In this document: positions 1-11,153 of the stretch, one piece after another
How positions within the stretch are numbered: the stretch's first letter is position 1
How the letters are laid out: each line of letters starts with the position of its first letter
Origin: Thermoleophilia bacterium
GTDB lineage: Bacteria > Actinomycetota > Thermoleophilia > Gaiellales > F1-60-MAGs149
Direction of reading: 5' to 3'
Length of the DNA stretch: 64,000 nt
Assembly: GCA_037133755.1 (NCBI GenBank)
Contig: JBAXNN010000008.1
Coordinates: 30,245-94,244, forward strand
Position numbers and translations under genes: made by a program
The notes under the pieces: model-generated
Databases searched by the model: none
What the model saw: only the letters and a program-made list of their open reading frames with translations
Told to the model about the DNA's origin: nothing

Positions 1-595
1 GCGCGGCGAGCATCGGGCAGTTCGAGTCGATCGTGTGGTGCGGCTCGAGCTGCTCGCCCGGCGAGCGCAGCTCGTCGCCCGTGGGGATCACCGCGACGCG
101 CGGGCGGCGACGCACCTCGACAGTCGTGTGACCGGACGCGGCGAGCAGGCCGACATCGAAAGGCGAGAGCGCGTGGCCCGACTGCAAGAGGATCTCCCCC
201 ACCGGCACGTCCTCGCCGGCGGGTCGCACATCGGCACCCGCCTCGACGGTAACCGCAACCTCCGCGCTAGCGCCGTCGATCGAGACCTGCTCGCGCCGCA
301 CGACCGCATCGAAGCCCTCGGGGATAGGCGCGCCCGTGTCGACCGGTGCGAAGTCACTTCCGGCAATCAGCACCGGCGCACTGGCGGTGTCGGCGGCACG
401 GACGGCGATGCCGTCCATGGCGGCAACACGCACCGCTGGAACTGCGCGGACAGCCTCAACGGGGGCAGCGAGTACGCGACCCGCAGCATCGGCGATCGCG
501 ACCGGTTCAGCTGCGAGCGGCGTGAGCCACCCGGCCTCGGCCAGTGCAGCGAGCCAGCGGGCACGCGCCTCACGCGGTGTCGGCTCGGCGCTCAC
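1..595 (-). CDS. moeA: Molybdopterin molybdenumtransferase MoeA, 5' part (gene runs off the left edge)
   Basis: Not in the ORF track because it is open at the window edge. Manual minus-strand translation from GTG 595..593 gives VSAEPTPREARARWLAALAEAGWLTPLAAEPVAIADAAGRVLAAPVEAVRAVPAVRVAAMDGIAVRAAD..VDTGAPIPEGFDAVVRREQV..VRPAGEDVPVGEILLQSGHALSPFDVGLLAASGHTTVEVRRRPRVAVIPTGDELRSPGE. The blocks MDGxAV, TGAPxPxGxDAVV, GED and TGDEL are MoeA hallmarks. The GTG overlaps the fdhD TGA (GTGA). Confidence 0.8.
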   Translation of the reverse strand, partial: MSAEPTPREARARWLAALAEAGWLTPLAAEPVAIADAAGRVLAAPVEAVRAVPAVRVAAMDGIAVRAADTASAPVLIAGSDFAPVDTGAPIPEGFDAVVRREQVSIDGASAEVAVTVEAGADVRPAGEDVPVGEILLQSGHALSPFDVGLLAASGHTTVEVRRRPRVAVIPTGDELRSPGEQLEPHHTIDSNCPMLAA

Positions 596-1452
596 GCCTG
601 GCCGACGTCAATCCGCTCGGTGTGCGCGTAGACGTTGCAGCGATCGTCGCGGAGAAAGCCCACGAGCGTGACGCCGAGGCGCTTGGCGGCATCGACGGCA
701 ATACTCGACGGCGCGCCGACTGCCGCCAAGATCGGAATGCCAGCGACGGCAGCCTTCTGCACGAGCTCGAACCCGGCGCGGCCCGACACGAGCGCGACGT
801 AGCCGTTGAGAGGTGTCTCGCCCTGCATCAGCCGTGCGCCGATCGCCTTATCCATCGCGTTGTGCCGACCGATGTCCTCGCGCAACTCGACGAGCTTGCC
901 ATCGGGCGTGAAGAGCCCCGTGGCGTGGATGCCGCCCGTACGGTCGAACTGGCGCTGCTTGGCACGCAGGGTCTCCGGCAACTCGAGCAGCGTCTCGAAC
1001 GCGACAACCGGGCCGTCGGGGATCACGCGGCACGCCACCTCGATCATGTCGATCGATGCCTTGCCGCACACGCCGCAGCTCGACGACGCGAACATATTGC
1101 GCTGCAGCCCAGCCGCATCAAACGGCTTGCGCAGCCGCACGCTGAGCACGTTGTACTGCTGCGACGCGTCCTCGACGTCCTCGCAGTAGCGGATCTCGGC
1201 GATCTCGTGGTTGTCGGCAACGAGGCCCTCGGTCAGCAGGAAGCCCGCCGCGAGCTCGAAGTCGGCGCCCGGCGTGCGCATCGTCACTGCGACCTGCGTG
1301 AAGGCCTCCCCCGGTCCGCCCACGCGGATCTCGAGCGGCTCTTCACCCGCCACGCGATCGCGCTTCTCGACCGGCTTCTCCCCACGGGCTAGCCGGAGCA
1401 CGCCCACCTCGGCGGTGGGCCCGGCGAGCGGTGGTCGCTCGGCGGTGCCCAT
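592..1452 (-). CDS. fdhD: Formate dehydrogenase accessory sulfurtransferase FdhD
   Basis: ORF 592..1611 trimmed to ATG 1452 (MGTAERPP..), 4 nt after the upstream stop. FdhD blocks present: SSSCGVCGKASID cysteine pair, GGIHATGLF, GRHNAMDKAIG, VSGRAGFELVQKAAVAGIP. Confidence 0.88.
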   Translation of the reverse strand: MGTAERPPLAGPTAEVGVLRLARGEKPVEKRDRVAGEEPLEIRVGGPGEAFTQVAVTMRTPGADFELAAGFLLTEGLVADNHEIAEIRYCEDVEDASQQYNVLSVRLRKPFDAAGLQRNMFASSSCGVCGKASIDMIEVACRVIPDGPVVAFETLLELPETLRAKQRQFDRTGGIHATGLFTPDGKLVELREDIGRHNAMDKAIGARLMQGETPLNGYVALVSGRAGFELVQKAAVAGIPILAAVGAPSSIAVDAAKRLGVTLVGFLRDDRCNVYAHTERIDVGQA

Positions 1453-1456
1453 CGCG

Positions 1457-2391
1457 CTACTTCTTGGCTCCGTCGCGCGCCTGAGCGTGCTGGAAGCCGA
1501 AGCGGCCCTTGATGCAGAGGTTGCCGTGCGTGATCGAGTGCTCCGGCGGGCTCGTGACCTTGACGATCGAGTTGTCCTGCACGTGCAGCTCGAGGTTGCA
1601 GCCGACGCCACAGTAGGTGCAGATCGTCGTGGTGACCGTCTGCTCCTCCTCGCGCCACTCGCCCTCCTCGCGGAGGTCGTGCTCGCTCTTGAACATCAGG
1701 GCGCCCGTCGGGCAGACCTGGATGCAGTTGCCGCAGTAGACGCAGGCCGACTCGGGCAGCGGGACGACGAACTCGGTCGAGATGCGCGCATCGAAGCCAC
1801 GGCCCGCGACGCTGATCGCGAACGTGTTCTGCCACTGCTCGCCGCACGCGTCGACGCACTTGTAACAGAGGATGCACTTCGAGTAATCGCGCATGTAGAG
1901 CTCGTTGTCGATCTTCTTGCCCTGGTAGACCGTCGCGGCCAACTGGCCATCGGTCTCGGCGCTGTGGCCGGCGCGATGGTGGTCACGATGGGTGTCCGGC
2001 GGGGCCTGCGGACCGAACTTCTCGGGCCGGGCGTCGTACGCCGCGAGGTACTCGGGCGCGACCGACGTCGTCGAAAGGTCCACGCTCGAGGCAAGCAGCT
2101 CGAGCACCATGCGGCGGCTCGCGCGGACGCGCTCGGAGTTCGTGTGGACCTTCATGCCGGGCTCGGCCTTGCGCGAGCACGAGGGCTGCAGGACGCGGGC
2201 GCCCTCGACCTCGACCACGCAGACGCGGCAGGCGTTCTTGGGCGCAAGCGTCTCGCCGAAGCACAGGGTCGGCGTCTCGGTGCCGACCTTGGTGATCGCG
2301 TCGAGCAGCGTCTGGCCCTCGAAGACCTTGACGGCCTGGCCGTCGATCTCGAGCTCGACCATCCGCTTGGGGGTCATCATCACGGGATCGC

Positions 2392-2395
<4 letters not shown>
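1457..2395 (-). CDS. NuoG-like Fe-S subunit of formate dehydrogenase; ends with the molybdopterin-oxidoreductase FS0 4Fe-4S domain (N-terminal fragment of a split FdhA/FdsA)
   Basis: Part of ORF 1457..2620. The likely start is GTG 2395, which has GGAGG 6 nt upstream and overlaps the upstream TGA; ATG 2380 is the alternative. Motifs: 2Fe-2S region TLCFGETLAPKNACRVCVVEVEG..QPSC; ferredoxin motifs CILCYKCVDAC and CVYCGNCIQVCP; then TICTYCGVGCNLELHV..GNLCIKGRFGFQH, followed by a stop. Confidence 0.82.
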
Positions 2396-4250
<1,855 letters not shown>

Positions 4251-4251
<1 letters not shown>

Positions 4252-6209
4252 TAGTCGCCCGCCACCAGTTCGCGGTCGGCGTAGGCGGTCATGGTCTGCT
4301 CGCCCTTGGCGAGCTTCTCGACCTTGATCGCGCAGGCCTTGAACTCGGCGGTGCCACTCTTCTCGTCGACGGCGTCGATCGTCAGCTGGTTCACGTCGAC
4401 CTGGTCGGGGAAGTGGAACGTCATGAAGCCAAGACCAGGACGCAGCCGGACGTCGGTGCGGACCGGCGACTCGACGGTGCCACGGCGCGAGGAGACGCGC
4501 ACGATCTCGCCGTCTTCGAGGTTCATGCGCTCCATGTCCTCGGGGCACAGCTCGAGGAACTCGCCGGCGTGCAGCGGGCTCGTGAACTTCTCGGTCTGGA
4601 CGCCCGTGTTGTACGACTCGAGGCGACGACCCGTGGTGAGACGGATCGGGAACTCGGCGTCGGTCGCCTCGAACGGCGGGCGATCGTGCACCGGCACGAA
4701 CGGCGCGAGCATGCCCTGCACCGGGTCGGCCCAGAGACGCTCGTGCAGACGCGGCGAGCCAGCGTGGCCCTCCTCGGGGCACGGCCATTGGATGCCACCG
4801 AGCTCCTCGAGCCGCGCGTACGACATGCCGGTGTGCATCGGCGAGAGCGAGCGCAGCTCGTTCCAGATGTCCTCGCTGGTCGGGTAGTTCCAATCGAAGC
4901 CCAGGCGCTTGGCCAGCTCGGTGAGGATCCACTGGTCGTCCATGGCCTCGCCCGGCGGGTCGAGCGCCTTGCGCACGCGCTGGACGCGACGCTCGGAGTT
5001 CGTGACGGTGCCGTCGGACTCGCACCACGAGGCAGAGCCCGGCAGGATCACGTCGGCGAGCTCGGCCGTCTTCGTCGCGAAGATGTCCTGCACGACAAGG
5101 AAGTTGAGGCCGCCCAGCAGGGTGCGGATGCGGTTCGAATCGGCGTCGGACTGGGCCGGGTTCTCGCCGATGATGTAGCAGTACTTCAGCTCCCCGGTCT
5201 CCATGCCGTGGAACATCTGCGTGAGGTGCCAGCCGTAGCGATCACGGATCGGCACGCCGTAGGCCTGCGAGAACTTCTCGCGTGCCTCGTGGTTGTTCTC
5301 GATGTCCTGGAAGCCCGGCAGGCGATTCGGGATCGCGCCCATGTCGCCGCCGCCCTGCACGTTGTTCTGGCCGCGCAGCGGGTTGAGGCCCGAGCCGTAG
5401 CGCCCGACGTGGCCGCAGAGCAGGGCCAGGGAGATCAGGCTGAGGACGTTGTCGACGCCCGTGTGGTGCTCGGTGATACCGAGCGTCCACGAGATCATCG
5501 CGCGGTCGGCCTTGGCGTAGGCGTGGGCGACCTCGCGGATCGCCTCGGCCGGTACGCCGGTCAGCTCCTCGGCACGCTCGAGCGTGTACTCGGCGACGTG
5601 CTTTCGATAGTTCTCGAAGTTCTCCGTGGAGTGCTCGATGAAGGCCCTGTTGGCGAGACCCGCTTGGATGATCTCGTTGGCCATGGCGTTGGCGAGGGCG
5701 ATGTCCGAGCCGACGTTATTGCCGAGCCAGATGTCGGCCCACTGGGCGGTCTCAGAACGGCGGGGATCGACGACGAAGAGCCGCGCACCGTTGTGAATGC
5801 CCTTGAGGACGTGATGGAAGAAAATCGGATGTGCGTTGCGGGCGTTCGAGCCCCACAGCAGGATGACGTCGGTGTCGTGATACTCCTCATACGAAGAGGT
5901 TCCGCCACCCGCTCCAAAGACAGTCGCCAGACCGACGACGCTAGGAGCGTGTCAAGTTCTGTTACATGAGTCGACGTTGTTCGACCCCATCACCTGACGG
6001 GTGAACTTGCCGGCGAGGTAGTTGACCTCGTTGGAGGCCTTCGAGCACGAGAACATGCCGTAGCTCTTCGATGTGTCGAGGTCGCGCGCAGGCGCGAGGC
6101 CGGCGGCGGCGTAATCGAGCGCCTCCTCCCAGCTGGCGGGTCGGAACTCGCCGTTCTCCTTGATCCATGGGTGCGTCAGGCGCCCCTTGGGCAGTTTCGT
6201 CGTCGTCAT
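4251..6209 (-). CDS. fdhA: Formate dehydrogenase catalytic (molybdopterin) subunit, selenocysteine-containing; lacks its own FS0 domain
   Basis: ORFs 5952..6527 and 4251..5684 join in frame across TGA 5954..5952: ..NNVDSCNRT-U-HAPSVVGLATVFGAGGGTSSYEEY... ATG 6209 (MTTTKLPKGRLTHPWIKENGEFRPASWEEALDY) has GGAGG 9 nt upstream. Typical MopB and C-terminal barrel blocks are present: NPLRGQNNVQGGGDMG, IGENPAQSDAD, LTTGRRLESYNTG. Confidence 0.88.
5911..5954 (-). ncRNA. Sec UGA codon plus bacterial SECIS-like stem-loop inside the fdhA mRNA
   Basis: The mRNA reads UGA CAC GCU CCU AGC GUCGUC GGUCU GGCGAC UGUCUUU GGAGC. The upper 6-bp stem (5939..5923) closes a GGUCU loop that starts 12 nt after UGA. 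The lower stem pairs GCUCC with GGAGC. Register and loop resemble the E. coli fdhF SECIS core. Confidence 0.7.
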
Positions 6210-6294
6210 CGCAGCAGTCCTCCAGCGGATATGCGTGAACACCCCAATGATGACGGGGCACGAGCGCCGGCGAAACATGGCATTTCCACTCGTG

Positions 6295-6313
6295 TGATAG
6301 GCAACGGCTATCA
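6295..6313. promoter_or_regulatory. LysR-type T-N11-A palindromic box in the fdhA/lysR divergent region
   Basis: TGATAG-gcaacgg-CTATCA is a perfect 6-bp inverted repeat containing T-N11-A. It lies 8 nt upstream of the LysR ATG and about 86 nt upstream of the fdhA ATG. Confidence 0.5.
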
Positions 6314-6320
6314 TGGCGTC

Positions 6321-7202
6321 ATGCAGTTGCGGCAGTTGGAATACGTCATAGCGCTCGCTCGCGAACGGCACTTCGGCCGCGCTGCTGCTGCATGTCATGT
6401 CTCGCAGCCGTCCCTGAGCGGCGGCATTCGGGCCCTCGAGGCGGAATTGGGTGTGCCTATCGTGGTGCGCGGCCGCACCTACGGCGGCCTGACACCCGAG
6501 GGCGAGCGTGTGGTTGCCTGGGCGCACCGCCTGCTGGCCGACGCCGACGGCCTGCGCGAAGACCTCGCCGCCATGCGCGGCGCGCTTACCGGTCGCCTGC
6601 GCCTCGGCGCGATCCCGACCGCGCTGCCGATCGCCAGCGCGCTATCGGCGACCGTCGCCGCGCTCCACCCCGGCCTGTCGATCACCGTGCTCTCGCTCGC
6701 CAGCCGCGAGATCGAACGCCAACTGCTCGAGTTCGAGATCGATGCCGGCATCACGTACCTCGACAACGAGCCGCTGCACGGTGTGCGCGGTGTCCCGGTC
6801 GCGCAGGAGCGCTACGTCCTCTACGCCCACCAGGGCAGTCCCGAGGCGAGCCGGCCATCGCTGACCTGGCGCGAGGCCGCAGAGCTGCCGCTCGTGCTGC
6901 TCACGCAGACGATGCAGAACCGCCGCATCATCGACGCGGCCTTCACGACCGCTGGCTCCTCCCCCGCCCCACGCATCGAGTCGGACGACATCGTGCCGCT
7001 CTGGGAGCACGTGGCCGATGGCCGCTGGTACACGATCGGGCCGAGCTCGTGGCTCGACGGCGGCGCGCTGCCCGACGAGATCGTCGCCGTGCCACTGACC
7101 GACCCAACGGTGGAGCAACGCATCGGCGTCGTCGTCCCCGACCGCGACCCATTGCCGACGATCACGCGCGCGCTGCTCGACGCAGCCCGCGGCGACGACT
7201 AG
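6321..7202 (+). CDS. LysR-family transcriptional regulator
   Basis: ORF 6171..7202 trimmed to ATG 6321: MQLRQLEYVIALARERHFGRAAAACHVSQPSLSGGIRALEAELG (LysR wHTH) followed by a substrate-binding domain. Divergent from the fdh operon. Confidence 0.9.
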   Translation: MQLRQLEYVIALARERHFGRAAAACHVSQPSLSGGIRALEAELGVPIVVRGRTYGGLTPEGERVVAWAHRLLADADGLREDLAAMRGALTGRLRLGAIPTALPIASALSATVAALHPGLSITVLSLASREIERQLLEFEIDAGITYLDNEPLHGVRGVPVAQERYVLYAHQGSPEASRPSLTWREAAELPLVLLTQTMQNRRIIDAAFTTAGSSPAPRIESDDIVPLWEHVADGRWYTIGPSSWLDGGALPDEIVAVPLTDPTVEQRIGVVVPDRDPLPTITRALLDAARGDD

Positions 7203-7224
7203 CTCTCCACGCGCCCACCCTTCG

Positions 7225-9114
7225 TCAGGGCGTGAGTTCGATGCGGCGGCCGATCGCCGTCAAGAGCTCGGGTGGCACGCCGAAGAACTCGGGACGCCCC
7301 TGGGAGAAGCGATGCATGGCGGCGAACAGATACAGCGGGACCGAGCGCAGTCCCCTGCCCTTGACGGCCACGGAGTCGCGCCCGATGAGGTAATCGGCCA
7401 CCTGTGGATCGAATGGCTCGCCCAGCGCGAGTCGCCCCAGTGCCGCAGGCACGTCAGGTTGCTCGGTGAACCCGAAGCGAAGCGCAATGCGCTGCACGCC
7501 GTGCTGCAGCACAACAACCTCGGCGCGCTCCGCCTCCGGAACCACGGGAACCTCGGTTGTGCTGATCGAGACGATCAGCGTGCGCTCGTAGATGCCTCCG
7601 GTGCGATCGGCCAGTTTCATCAGCGTCCCAGGCGCCACCTCCGGCTCACGCACGAGGAAGACACCCGTACCACGCAACCGGCCGCGGGCCGATGGCGGCA
7701 ACGTGGCCAGGAATCCGTCCAGCGGCACGGCGTGAGCCGCCGCCTCGGCCAGCAAGCGATCACGCCCCGTCGACCACGAGCGGACGACGAAGAAGATCAC
7801 CACGGCGATGGAGACGGTGAACCACGCGCCGTGCACGATCTTGATCACGTTCGACGAGAAGAACAGGATGTCGACGACACCGAGCGGTACGTAGACGAGC
7901 GCCACGACCAGCGGCGACCAACGCCAGACCGTGCGAGCCACGATCGCCGCGAGGATCGTCGTGCAGATCAGGGTGCCAGTGACCGTCAGGCCGTACGCCA
8001 CGACGAGACGGGATGAGGACTGGAAGATCAGCACCGTCGCCGCCACGCCGATGAACATGATCAGCGTGATCACGGGGATGTTGATCTGCCCGCGGATCGT
8101 CTTCGAGGTGTGGACGATCGGCAGGCGCGGCAGAAATCCCATCTGCATCGCCTGCTGCGTCAGCGAGTACATGCCCGTGATGACCGCCTGCGACGCGATC
8201 ACCGTCGCCAGCGTGGCGAGCACGACCATCGGCAGCATCAGTCCGTCGGGAACCAGCGCGTAGAAGGGGTTGTTGATCTTACGCGGATCGTCCAGAACCA
8301 ATGCGCCCTGTCCGAGATAACACAGCACCAGTGCTGGGAAGACGATCACCGACCACGAGATCGTGATGGGTGGACGCCCGAAGTGCCCCATGTCGGCGTA
8401 CAACGCCTCGACACCGGTGATCGCGAGGGTGACCGCACCAAGCGCGAGGAACGTCATTGTCGGCTCGCGCAGCGCGAGGTCGATCGCATAGGTGGGACTG
8501 ATCGCCCGCAGCACCGAGGGGTTCTGCACGATCTGCACGATGCCGAGTGCCGAGATCACGGTGAACCAGAGAAGCATGATCGGCCCGAACACGCGCCCGA
8601 TGCTCCCTGTGCCCCAGCGCTGCATCATGAAGAGGAGCGTCAGGATGACCAACGCGATCTCGGTCTCGTACTCCTGCAATCCGCTATTGATGAGCGATGC
8701 TCCCTCGATCGCCGACAGCACCGACACGCTCGGCGTGAGTACCGCGTCGGCGGCGAAGAGCGCGATCGCGAGCATGCTGAGGAAGATGACCAGCGCCCGG
8801 CGTCGCCCCCGGACGAGAGGCTCAACGAGGGCGCCCAGCGCCAAGGTGCCGCCCTCGCCGTTGTTCGATGCCCGCATCACAACGATCACGTACTTGATGG
8901 TGACCACGATGATGAGCGCCCAGACGAACAGTGAGAGCGCACCAAGCACGGATGGCTCGTCGACGGTGAGGCCGATATCGGGGCCGAACGCGGCCTGGAA
9001 GGCGTAGAGCGGGCTGGTGCCGATGTCGCCGTAAATGACACCGAGCGCGGCGAGGACAAGCAGCGCGACCGCGCCGCGTCGCGGCGTGCCCTGGTGACGA
9101 TTCGCATGCGGCAT
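7225..9114 (-). CDS. kup: KUP/HAK/KT-family potassium uptake transporter
   Basis: 629 aa and polytopic. N-terminal signature GVIYGDIGTSPLYAF; GEGGTLAL; a C-terminal cytosolic domain. Confidence 0.9.
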   Translation of the reverse strand: MPHANRHQGTPRRGAVALLVLAALGVIYGDIGTSPLYAFQAAFGPDIGLTVDEPSVLGALSLFVWALIIVVTIKYVIVVMRASNNGEGGTLALGALVEPLVRGRRRALVIFLSMLAIALFAADAVLTPSVSVLSAIEGASLINSGLQEYETEIALVILTLLFMMQRWGTGSIGRVFGPIMLLWFTVISALGIVQIVQNPSVLRAISPTYAIDLALREPTMTFLALGAVTLAITGVEALYADMGHFGRPPITISWSVIVFPALVLCYLGQGALVLDDPRKINNPFYALVPDGLMLPMVVLATLATVIASQAVITGMYSLTQQAMQMGFLPRLPIVHTSKTIRGQINIPVITLIMFIGVAATVLIFQSSSRLVVAYGLTVTGTLICTTILAAIVARTVWRWSPLVVALVYVPLGVVDILFFSSNVIKIVHGAWFTVSIAVVIFFVVRSWSTGRDRLLAEAAAHAVPLDGFLATLPPSARGRLRGTGVFLVREPEVAPGTLMKLADRTGGIYERTLIVSISTTEVPVVPEAERAEVVVLQHGVQRIALRFGFTEQPDVPAALGRLALGEPFDPQVADYLIGRDSVAVKGRGLRSVPLYLFAAMHRFSQGRPEFFGVPPELLTAIGRRIELTP

Positions 9115-9160
9115 CGCAGCCGTATCCTAGAACAAAGATTTCGTATTCAGCGGCACATCG

Positions 9161-11071
9161 TCAGATCTCGACGCGCGCGCCCATCGTGACCGTGTGATCC
9201 GGGGGCACGTGGAAGAAGTCCGTCGAGACCTGTGCGTGGCGATGGAGCAGCGCGAAGACGCGGCGCGGGAAGCCGATGAAGCCGCGGGACGTGACAGCAA
9301 CGGTGTCGCGGCCAACGAAGTACGACGTCGTCTCCGGGTCGATGTGGGGTCCGATCGCGCTCGCCTCGAGCGCGACGGGGACGTTCGGCGACTCGGCAAA
9401 GCCGAAGCGCAGGAACACGCGCCACAGGCCCGGGCTGATCTCCGTCGCCTCAGAGCGATTGGCATCGGTCGCGTACGGCGTGTCAAGCGTCTGCACGGTC
9501 AGCAGCACAGTCAGCTCGTGGATGCGGCCGAAGTTGCGGATCGTGGCGATCAGCGGGCGTGGCACATGGGTGGACGAGGCGACGAGGAACACGCCGGTGC
9601 CCTCCGTGCGCTTGTACTTGCCGGCCGCGACCTTCTCGGTGAAGTCATCGGCCGGCACGGCCTCGCGCGAGAGCGCGCGCATCATCGCCGTGCGTCCCGT
9701 CGACCACGACGAGATGATGATGAACAGGATTGTCGCGACGACCAGCGAGAACCACGCGCCGTGCGGGATCTTCGACATGTTGGCAGTGAAGAACGCGACG
9801 TCGACGATGCCGAGCGGTCCGAAGATCAGCACGATGCGCCACTTCGGCCAGTGCCAGAGGTGGAAGGCGACGATCACGGCGAGGACCGTGGTGCACACCA
9901 ACGTACCGGTGACGGCGAGACCATAGGCCGCCGCGAGGTGCTCGGAAGACTTGAAGATCAGGATCGTCGCAACCACCGCGAGGTACTGGAACAGCGTGAT
10001 GACGGGCATGAAGATCTGGCCGCGCACCGTCGCCGACGTCTGCAGCACCTTCATGCGCGGCAGCAGGCCGAGCTGCATCGCCTGGCGCGTCACGGAATAG
10101 GCGCCCGAGATGACGGCTTGGGACGCGATCACCGTGGCGAGCGTGGCGAGGATCACGACCGGAATCTCGATCCCACCCGGCACGAGGTGGTAGAAGGGAT
10201 TGTCGATCAGCTGCGGATTCTCGAGCAGCAGCGCGCCCTGACCGAGGTAGCAGAGCGTGAGACTCGGGAAGACGATCAGCAGCCACGACAGCGTGATCGG
10301 CGGGCGGCCGAAATGCCCCATGTCCGCGTACAGCGCCTCGGCACCGGTGATCGCGAGCGTGACCGCACTGAGCGCGCCGAACGACAGCAGCGGATGGGCG
10401 ACGATGAACTCGAAGGCGTAGATCGGCAGGATCGCGCGCACCACGGTCGGGTTCTCGCGGATGCCGTTGATGCCAATACCCGCGATGACGAGAAACCAGA
10501 CGAGCATGATCGGGCCGAACAGGCGGCCGACCTTCTCCGTGCCGAAGCGCTGGCCGAGGAAGAGCGTCGTCAGAATCACGAGCGCGATCACGATCGCATA
10601 CCGCTCGATCTCGGGAAACTTGAGGCCTGCGCCTTCGACAGCTGACAGCACCGAGATGCTCGGTGTCAGCACCGCGTCGCTCATGAAGAGCGAGACCGCG
10701 AGGATGCCGACGATGATCACCATCGTGCGCGTCTTGTTCTGCACGAAGCGCAGCGCGAGCGACTGAAGCGCCAGATCGCCGCCCTCCCCCTTGTTGTTGG
10801 CGCGCGTCACGATGATCACGTACTTGATCGTCACGACGATGATCAGTGCCCAGATGAACATCGAGAGGAGGCCGAGGATGTCCTGCTCGTTCGGCTTCAT
10901 GCCGAACGTCGAGCTGAAGGCCACCTGCATCGCGTAGAGCGGGCTCGTGCCGATGTCGCCGTAGATCACCCCGAGCGCGCCGAGCGCGAGGAGTGGCAGT
11001 GGCCCGTGCGGGACATGGCTGCCTCCGGAGGTGGCGTGGTTCGAATCGGACAATGCAGTGCGGCGTCGCAT
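9161..11071 (-). CDS. kup: KUP/HAK/KT-family potassium uptake transporter (tandem paralogue)
   Basis: ORF 9161..11110. The start is uncertain (ATG 11071 MRRRTALSD.. or 11110). Motifs GVIYGDIGTSPLYAM and GEGGDLAL. Colinear with the downstream kup. Confidence 0.88.
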   Translation of the reverse strand: MRRRTALSDSNHATSGGSHVPHGPLPLLALGALGVIYGDIGTSPLYAMQVAFSSTFGMKPNEQDILGLLSMFIWALIIVVTIKYVIIVTRANNKGEGGDLALQSLALRFVQNKTRTMVIIVGILAVSLFMSDAVLTPSISVLSAVEGAGLKFPEIERYAIVIALVILTTLFLGQRFGTEKVGRLFGPIMLVWFLVIAGIGINGIRENPTVVRAILPIYAFEFIVAHPLLSFGALSAVTLAITGAEALYADMGHFGRPPITLSWLLIVFPSLTLCYLGQGALLLENPQLIDNPFYHLVPGGIEIPVVILATLATVIASQAVISGAYSVTRQAMQLGLLPRMKVLQTSATVRGQIFMPVITLFQYLAVVATILIFKSSEHLAAAYGLAVTGTLVCTTVLAVIVAFHLWHWPKWRIVLIFGPLGIVDVAFFTANMSKIPHGAWFSLVVATILFIIISSWSTGRTAMMRALSREAVPADDFTEKVAAGKYKRTEGTGVFLVASSTHVPRPLIATIRNFGRIHELTVLLTVQTLDTPYATDANRSEATEISPGLWRVFLRFGFAESPNVPVALEASAIGPHIDPETTSYFVGRDTVAVTSRGFIGFPRRVFALLHRHAQVSTDFFHVPPDHTVTMGARVEI

Positions 11072-11153
11072 ACGGCCGGCGCCGGCTGAGTATACCGCCG
11101 CTGCGAACAAACCCCTGCCATAGTTCAGCGATGGCGTTGAAAGGATTCACCCA

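Noticed and set aside
4252-5028. N-terminal 259 codons of the 878-aa ORF 2392..5028
   Set aside because: This part overlaps the well-supported fdhA frame and has Arg/Pro-rich junk composition. The NuoE homology starts only after GTG 4251.
6210-6320. Molybdenum-cofactor riboswitch upstream of fdhA
   Set aside because: The leader is at most about 110 nt and is shared with the lysR promoter, which is too short for the ~140-nt Moco RNA. No conserved motif was recognised.
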